Below, piece by piece: positions 54,026 to 64,000 of a DNA stretch of 64,000 nucleotides. Location: positions 35,278,001-35,342,000 of the forward strand of contig OX597825.1 in NCBI GenBank assembly GCA_951406725.2, read 5' to 3'. A program made the position numbers and the translations under genes. This stretch comes from Octopus vulgaris (taxonomy: Eukaryota). Each line of letters opens with the position of its first letter. The first letter of the stretch is position 1. Below the pieces are notes generated by a model. It worked only from the letters and a program-made list of their open reading frames with translations, made no database searches and was not told the origin of the DNA.

Positions 54026-54446
54026 TATATATATTAGTGTGTTTCTGTATAAGTATACACACATTCCTATATATACATATTTAGCCTAAACAAACACGAT
54101 GCTATGCTCCGCATACTTGAAGATTAAGCAAATGTTACACGTCTGCGAAAACAGTCATTCGTTTAGTTACACTATAAATTCGATGAGGAATAGGCCGTTC
54201 CATTAATCATGCAACAGGGACAGCCGTTTGTCGAAATCTACGAGCGTTGCTATCATCAGTACACGTTAATTTCATCACGGGCAGACTGATACACCACCAG
54301 GTGGATAGTGGATATTTGATAAGTATAACTAATATTTTGGTATGGCTGTTCACAAGATATTTGCACGATACGAATGTGCGCGCGCGTGTCCATATGTGAG
54401 TATGTGCACATGTGTCTATATGTGAGTGTGCGCGCGTGTGTACATA

Positions 54447-54669
54447 TTACTCTCTTTTACTTGTTTCTGTTATTTGACTGTGGCCATGCTGGAGCACCGC
54501 CTTTAGTTGAACAAATCGACAACAGGACTTATTCTTTGTAAGCCTAGTACTTATTCTATCGATCTCTTTTTGCCGAACCACTAGGTTACGGGGACATAAA
54601 CACACCAGTATCGGTTGTCAAGTGATGTTGGGAGGACAAACACAGACACACAAACATACATACGCACAC

Positions 54670-54705
<36 letters not shown>

Positions 54706-55292
54706 AATAAAACATATGCATATATATAAACATATATGTACGTACCTACCTCTACATGTACATATACACGCATATATGAGTACAGGACACCAAAAAGACG
54801 TCGAACACAATGAGAAACGAAAACGTAGACACAAACCGAAGGAACTGGACATTTTTTTAAACAACAAAAAATAGAGTACAGGACAATTAACACAAAGAAA
54901 AAACCCTTCTTCAGTCGCTATGGTTTCATCTACTCTACGTTTCGAAGGTGAAAGCGAGACGTATCTTCGACAAGAAACTTTCCTTCCTGCGAAAAGCAAA
55001 TCAATTAAAATTCTGAGATCTTTTCGTAGAGGGGTAAAAAATGGTAACAAAAACAGGACAGTAACGACCGTACAAATTATAAACAGTAAAAGACAGGACA
55101 AGGAAAAACAATATATATACATATATATACGACGGACTTCTTTCAGTTTCCGTCTACCAAATCCACTCACAAAGCTTTGGTCGGCCCGAGGCTATAGTAG
55201 AAGACACTTGCTCAAAGTGCCACGCAGTGGGACTGAACCCGGAACCATGTGGTTCGTAAGAAAGCTACTTACCACACAGCCACTCCTACGCC
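54447..55292 (-). mobile_element. SINE family A split by an insertion in its central microsatellite
   Basis: 3' half at about 54447-54670, 5' half at about 55115-55292, both near consensus. Confidence 0.88.
54700..55112 (-). mobile_element. Penelope-like non-autonomous element nested in the SINE
   Basis: On -: CUUC-GAAA-CG-UA (54943-54936), CUGAAGAAGGG 25 nt later; terminal part homologous to 58160-58435. Confidence 0.6.
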
Positions 55293-55980
55293 TGCTAATA
55301 AATTTCGTTTTACAGATTTGTGGTCTCAGTTTCGCTCCGCTGCGTGGCTTCTTAGTAAAGTCACTTCTAACGCTTTAAATTTTCCAATTCCTAAAATTGA
55401 AATTATATAGAAGCTCCAGGTGGTGGTGGTGGTGGTGGTGGTGGTGGTGATGGTGGTGGTGGTGGTGGTGATGGTGGTGGTGGAAGGGATTGCCTGGTTT
55501 CACACCGTTATTTATTAAGCGCAATCCACTTTGTTGGAAGCATTTGGGCGAAGCTTTTTAACCAGAGATCAACCTGCTTGTTTCTTCTCTTAGCTCTGGA
55601 AAGCCTTAACCAGAGTCATGTGTGCTGCTCTTCCTTCCTCCTCGCTCTATTTTTCTTTTTTGTCTCTAGTTTCTCCCTCTCACTCACTCTCGTTGTTACA
55701 CACACACACACACACATACACACACGTGGGTGTGTGTATGTGTGTGTATGTGTATATCTTCCTTAGAAATTAGAATTTTAAACCTCGGCTGCCAGAGTTT
55801 ATGCCGGCCAAGTGCAATCATTTTATACATTGTTTCGTCTTTTTCGATTGCCTCTCTCCATTACACACCAGTGCGTTCATGCATGTACATACATGCACAT
55901 TTGTATGTGTGTGTGTGTGTATATGTGTGTATATGTATCTATAATGTATCTATATATGTAATATACATATACATATATAT

Positions 55981-58159
<2,179 letters not shown>

Positions 58160-58160
<1 letters not shown>

Positions 58161-58365
58161 GCTTTGAGTCGAACCAGGGGCAGCTGACGAAGGGGAATAT
58201 TCCTTGTATTGTTTGTATTGTACTCTGTTTTTACGTTGTTAAAAAAGTCCGTTTCCTTGTTTGATTTAATGCTTCCTTTTCTCGTTGTGTTCTACGTTTA
58301 TTTGTGGTGTCCTGTACTCATATATATATATGCATGTATATATGCATATAGATGTAGGTATGTAC

Positions 58366-58398
<33 letters not shown>

Positions 58399-58435
58399 TG
58401 TATGTATGTATGTATGCATATGTTTTATTTATTAA
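58160..58435 (+). mobile_element. Penelope-like 3' fragment
   Basis: CUGACGA-A-GGGG-AAUAU-UCCU at 58184; inverted homologue of 54700-54915. Confidence 0.6.
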
Positions 58436-58441
58436 ATTGTT

Positions 58442-58830
58442 ATGGCTGTGTGGTAAGTAGCTTGTTTTGAACCACATAGTTCCGGGTTCAGTCCCACTGC
58501 GTGGCACCTTGGGCAAGTGTCTTCTACTATAGCCTCGGGCCGACCAATGCCTTGTGAGTGGATTTGGTAGACGGAAACTGAAAGAGCCCGTCGTATATAT
58601 GTATATATATGCGTGTGTATGTTTGTGTGTCTGTGTTTGTTCCCCTAGCATTGCTTGACAACCGATGCTGGTGTGTTTATGTCCCCGTTACTTAGCGGTT
58701 CGGCAAAAGAGTCCGATAGAGTAAGTACTAGGCTTACAAAAGAATAAGTCCTGGGGTCGAGTTGCTCGATTAAAGGCGGTGCTCCAGCATGGCTGCAGTC
58801 AAATGACTGAAACAAGTAAAAGAGTAAAAG
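58442..58830 (+). mobile_element. SINE family A, young
   Basis: Near-consensus through the GAAACAAGTAAAAGAGTAAAAG tail. Confidence 0.92.
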
Positions 58831-58897
58831 AGAGAGAGAGTATATATATAATTCATGTATATACGTATATAGTTATATTGTATGTATATATATGCGC

Positions 58898-58977
<80 letters not shown>

Positions 58978-59103
58978 GTCTGTCTGTCTGTATGTATGTA
59001 TGTCTGTCTGTCTGTCTGTCTGCCTGCCTGTCTGTCTGTCTGTATGTCTATCTATCTCTCGTTATGTGCGTGTATGTGTATCAGCAAGAACCGATAAACT
59101 GAA

Positions 59104-59167
<64 letters not shown>

Positions 59168-59268
59168 TTACTACAACTACTACTACTACTACTACAGCAA
59201 CGAGAGACTTGTGGAGCATGTGTGTGTGTATGCGCACGTGCGTGTTTGTGTGTGTGTGAGAGAGATAG

Positions 59269-59355
<87 letters not shown>

Positions 59356-60184
59356 GACAGACAGAGATGGTTGGAAGAATGAAGCCTGGACGTTTAGCAC
59401 TATACCAAATATGAAGACGTTTAGCAAAGTGTTTAGTGTGACAGATGTGCTGCAGTAACTTCAGCACCAGTACTAACAACAGCAGCAGCGAACAATAATA
59501 CTTATATGACAACGTTACTTAGATTACCTTTCTACATACCCGACTATGAAATGCCAGACGGCTTGACTAGAGTCACTCTAATGGAACTACCCTTTGCGAA
59601 TTCTTTCAACGCACGTTTGGTAAACGAAAAATTATTAATTTCAAACTTCGCCAGTAACGCTACCGTCTTCTTCACGTCAACCACGACCACAACCACCACC
59701 ACCACCACCAAAACCACCACCACCACCACCACCACCACCACCTCCTCCACCACCACCACCACTACCACCACCGCCACCGCCACCACCGCCGCCGCCGCCA
59801 CCACCACCACCACCATCCTTCCCATCCTTCTCATCCTTCTTTCTCTCTTCTACTTTATCATCATTAATATCCTCCTTCTTCTTCTCCTCTCCCTCCTCCT
59901 CCTCCTCCTCCTTCTTCTCCTTCTCATCATCATCATCATTACCCTCATCATCCTGATCATCATAAGCATCATGATCATCATGAACATCATCTTCATGAAT
60001 TCTACCAACACTAGCACGTCGGCCCTAGACCCTCATCTCCACAATACTCATCACTCCTCCCCACTATATCCCTACCACCACCATAATCACCATCATATAT
60101 ATGATCGTCAATACCATCATTCCTAATACCAGCATCACTCTATTCCAGACGTCTGGCCATTTCCTGATCACTACACTATGACTA

Positions 60185-60754
60185 GGAAATTTCGGGGAGG
60201 AGGTGGAAGTCTATTACGGCGACTCCAGTGCTTAACTGGGGTCGATGTAATTATTTTATCGACCCCGAAAGGATGAAAAGGAAAGGCCACCTCGGCGGAA
60301 TTTCAACTCAGAAAGTAAAGACGGACGAAATACCTATTTCTTTACTGCCCACAAGGGGCGAAAAACAGAGGGGACAAACAAGGACAGACAAACGGATTAA
60401 GTCGATTATATCGACCCCAGTGCGTAACTGGTACTTACTTAATCGACCCCGAAAGGATGAAAGGTAAAGTCAACCTCGGCGGAATTTGAACTCAGAACAT
60501 AGCGGCAGACGAAATACCTATTTCTATTTCTTTACTACCCACAAGGGGCTAAACGCAGAGGGGACAAACAAGGACAGACATAGGTATTAAGTCGATTACA
60601 TCGACCTCAGTGCATAACTGGTACTTAATTTATCGACCCCGAAAGGATGAAAGGCAAAGTCGACCTCGGCGGAATTTGAACTCACAACGTAACACAGACG
60701 AAATACCGCTAAGCATTTCGCCCGGCGTGCTAACGTTTCTGCCAGCTCGCCGCC
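60185..60754 (-). mobile_element. Head-to-tail trimer of SINE family B
   Basis: Full unit 60518-60754, headless unit 60334-60517, third unit about 60185-60333; both junctions read AAATAG|GTATTTCGTC on -. Confidence 0.88.
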
Positions 60755-61049
60755 TTACAACAAGGAAATATTAGAGCATTCGTATAAGTTGCAGCGTTGA
60801 GAAACTAAATTTACATTCCTCGAACAATGGAAATTATTTGAACCAGACCATTCTACATTGAACCAAATCAAACCAAACTACGGCCATCTCTACACTACAG
60901 TAAACAGTAGTACGTTTATTGCATTATACTGCTGTATGTTGTACTGTATGACACTTACACAACACTACAATACACCGCAGTACATAGCGACACATTTAAC
61001 GACACTATATTACTACTTTGCACTGTACTAAACGACATTGCATTGTCCG

Positions 61050-61282
61050 GAAAGTTCGTTTTAACACCGTTGTCGAGATCCAGAGTGATTCGCAGAAGGG
61101 TTTCGACTCGCTTACGGGAAACGACTTCCAAGCCGGATTCCAAAAGTAGTAGGAAAGCTGGGACCGGTGTATTGCTGCGCAAGGTGACTATTTCGAAGGC
61201 GATGATGCTAAAACTTACGTAGATAAGTTATTATTTTTTTTATTAAACATAACTAGTCCTGGAAATTTTTGATTCCACCTCG
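61050..61282 (+). mobile_element. Mariner 3' fragment with right TIR
   Basis: RFNTVVEIQSDSQKGFDSLTGNDFQAGFQK**ESWDRCIAAQGDYFEGD, ending GGAAATTTTTGATTCCACCTCG then TA. Confidence 0.8.
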
Positions 61283-61309
61283 TACATGATTTCGATGTTA
61301 AAATTTTTC

Positions 61310-61497
61310 GACAATAAATTGGTTACACTTCTACAATACATAAAATATTTCAATAATTAATTCTATACAATTCCTGATAATATTTAATTATAAAAATATA
61401 ATAGAATTGTTTAAACATTGAATAATAATGAAAGTCCGTTCAACTAAAATAGGAATCAAATAGATCCAGAGGAAAAAAAAATAGTTGAGAAACACTG
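61310..61497 (-). mobile_element. hAT (Charlie-like) MITE, truncated inverted copy
   Basis: TIR CAGTGTTTCTCAA on -, body homologous to the start and 3' part of the 61506 element. Confidence 0.65.
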
Positions 61498-61505
61498 CTC
61501 TAGAC

Positions 61506-62148
61506 CAATGGTGCTCAACCATTTTTTCTTCTTCGTCTGCACCCCTTTGATTCCTATTTTATCCATATGGACCATTTTAGTCATTCGATGTTTACTCTTT
61601 TACTCTTTTACTTGTTTCAGTCATTTGACTGTGGTCATGCTGGAGCACCGCCTTTAGTCGAGCAAATCGACCCCAGGACTTATTTTTGTAAGCCTAGTAC
61701 TTATTCTATCGGTCTCTTTTGCCGAACCGCTAAGTTACGAGGACGTAAACACACCAACATCGGTTGTCAAGCGATGTTGGGGGACAAACACTGGCACACA
61801 AACATATACACACACATACATATATATATACATATATACGACGAACTTCTTTCAGTTTCCGCCTACCAAATCCACTTACAAGGCTTTGGTCGGCCGGAAG
61901 CTATAGTAGAAGACACTTGCCCAAGGTACTCGGAACCATGTGGTTGATAAGCAAGCTTCTTACCACACATCCACTCCTAAGCCTAAATTTTTGTTGTAAC
62001 TTATTAAATATTATTAAGATTGTTAAAAAGATTGTTAAAATATTTTGTGTATTCTAGAAGTGTAACCAATTTATTGCACATAAATATTAAAGACAAAATT
62101 TTATGTGTACCCTACAAGGGCCATATGGACCTCTATTGAGAACCATTG
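61506..62148 (+). mobile_element. hAT (Charlie-like) MITE containing a nested SINE
   Basis: TIRs CAATGGTGCTCAA / TTGAGAACCATTG; 8-bp TSD CTCTAGAC (61498-61505) / CTCTGGAC (62149-62156). Confidence 0.8.
61591..61984 (-). mobile_element. SINE family A nested in the hAT MITE
   Basis: Near consensus with a (TACTCTTT)n tail; small deletion in the head. Confidence 0.9.
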
Positions 62149-62365
62149 CTCTGGACTGAAGTACATTACTATACTAACAGCTCAGTACACTAACCTACAT
62201 CATACTTTATTCCAGTGGAATACATTGCTCTTAACAATTGCTCTAAGTTGCATTACAATACACCAACCCACACTGCTATGTACTGCACTGCAAATCATTA
62301 CACAAGATTTTATTACCTAACACTACACAGCCCTGCAATACACTACACTTCAATACTCTACATTA

Positions 62366-62793
62366 TGCTGGCGTGACTGTGTGGTAAGAAGCTTGCTTTC
62401 CAAACACAAGGTTCCAGGTTCACTCCCACTGCATGGTACCTTGGGCATATGTGTTCTACTATAGCCCCAGATCAACTAATATCTTTTGAGTCTATTTGGT
62501 AGACGGAAACTGAAAGAAGCTCGTCGTGTGTATGTGTGCGTGTGTGTATGTATGTGTGTATGTGAGTGTATGTGTGTGTGTTTGTCTTTGTGTTTGTGCT
62601 TGTCCCTCACCACCGCTTGATAACCGGTGTTGGTGTGTTTGTGGTTCGGTAAAAGGGGCCTCTAGAATGAATAGCAGGCTTAAAATGAAAATAAGTACTG
62701 AGGTTGATTAGTTCGACTAACATTCCTCAAGGCGGAGCTCCAGCATGATCGCAGTCTAAAGACTGAAACAAATAAAAGATAACAGATAAAAGA
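62366..62793 (+). mobile_element. SINE family A
   Basis: GTGACTGTGTGGTAAG...GGTAGACGGAAACTGAAAGAAGC...GACTGAAACAAATAAAAGATAA. Confidence 0.85.
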
Positions 62794-62859
62794 TACCCGA
62801 CGAAATATTGCATACACAGCACTTTGATGGACTCTCCCGCCGAAGACGACGTACGAGCG

Positions 62860-63123
62860 TTCAGGTTTTTGCCGAACGACCCGCACAAATGATTTGCTCA
62901 TAAAGATCAAATGTTCATGCCATACACAAGCTCACTCCCGCCATCGAATCGACATTGCATGAACAGGCGCACAGTGCACACATGCTAGGTGTCAAAGTGA
63001 TCGCAGAGCAACGTGAGATGAAGTGTTTTGCTCAAGAGCACAGCGTACCACTTGGTCTACGAATCGAAACCACAATCTCGCGATCGTGCATGCAAAACAC
63101 CAACCACTAGGTTATGCGCCCTC
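62860..63123 (-). mobile_element. SINE family C
   Basis: GATCGCAGAGCAACGTGAGATGAAGTGTTTTGCTCAAGAGCAC...GAATCGAAACC...AACCACTAGG. Confidence 0.78.
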
Positions 63124-63124
63124 A

Positions 63125-63460
63125 CAGCACTATACTACAATATATGAGATTATTCTAGCCTCTGCTACATTATATTACGATAATCTACGCTACACTACAT
63201 CACAGGGTTCTATATTAAACAGTACCACAATACACTGCAGTGCATTGTACAACACTGCCTACACTGCAGTGCATTGTACAACACTGCTTACACTGTGTTG
63301 CACCAAACTATGCCACATAACATGTAACTGCACTTTAGTACAGTGCATGTATTATACTACACGGTATTACGAAACAACAATACATGACACTTGACCTCGC
63401 TATCCAATACTGTCATATACTACAATTTACTACTCTGCGGAATACTGACATGCATTACAG
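63125..63460. repeat. Decayed pentamer (CTACA/TACAC)n satellite; further tracts at about 60880-61045 and 62157-62365
   Basis: Recurrent CACTA/TACAC/CTGCA pentamers. Confidence 0.55.
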
Positions 63461-64000
63461 CATCATAATCATCAACATTAATCGTCGTCGTCGTCGTCGT
63501 CATCATCATCATCGTCGTTGTCATCATCACCATCGTCATCATCATCATCATCGTCGTTGTCATCATCACCATCGTCATCATCATCATCGTTGTCGTCATC
63601 ATCATCATCACGAACATAATCTTATCATCATCATCGTCATCATCATCATCATTTTACATCTCGTGACTTTCTTTCCATCTACACCCCCACCGCCAACCAC
63701 TACTGTAACAACTCCTAACTGTAACCCATCACCACTACCTGTAACAAGAACAGCAGCAGCAGCCACAACAACATCCACAACAAGAACAACAACCACAACA
63801 TCAATAGCAACAACAATGACAATGTGGACTTAAACAACAGTGATAATGCCCAAATCTGCAAAGACAATAACATAAACAGAAAGTGTACAACAATAGCAAC
63901 AATAGCAACAACAGCAACAACAGCAACAACATCCGTAAATCTACAGCAACAGGCACTGCAGCAGCAATAACAACAAAAACACCACCAGCAACACAAGTAA

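Noticed and set aside
59506-60126. 206-aa ORF resembling a Thr-rich membrane protein with a His-rich tail
   Set aside because: Mostly stop-free trinucleotide microsatellites (ACC/CTC/ATC); the unique N-terminal part has no recognisable domain or splice context

Overview
AT-rich, microsatellite-saturated animal genomic DNA. The SINE families and repeat style point to an octopus (coleoid cephalopod); this is an inference. I found no convincing host protein-coding exon, tRNA or rRNA gene, so the window looks like a large intron or gene desert. Nearly all ORFs in the track are microsatellite artefacts. The real content is transposon-derived: two full-length Tc1 (DD34E, IR/DR) copies with complementary lesions, two full-length mariner (DD34D) pseudogenes, mariner and hAT MITEs, two non-autonomous Helitrons, CR1- and RTE-type LINE 3' fragments, a decayed Penelope-like RT fossil and dozens of tRNA-derived SINEs. 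The most interesting signal is about ten short non-coding elements, mostly sitting in (TA)n/(CA)n tracts, that carry minimal hammerhead-ribozyme motifs (CUGANGA-stem II-GAAA-CG-UH). These motifs have sequence-variable but paired stem II helices and usually a second, decayed core 22-29 nt downstream. Several long fold-back hairpins, two built from ribozyme-like sequence, accompany them. Coordinates were counted by hand, and repeat boundaries are approximate unless TIRs or TSDs define them.
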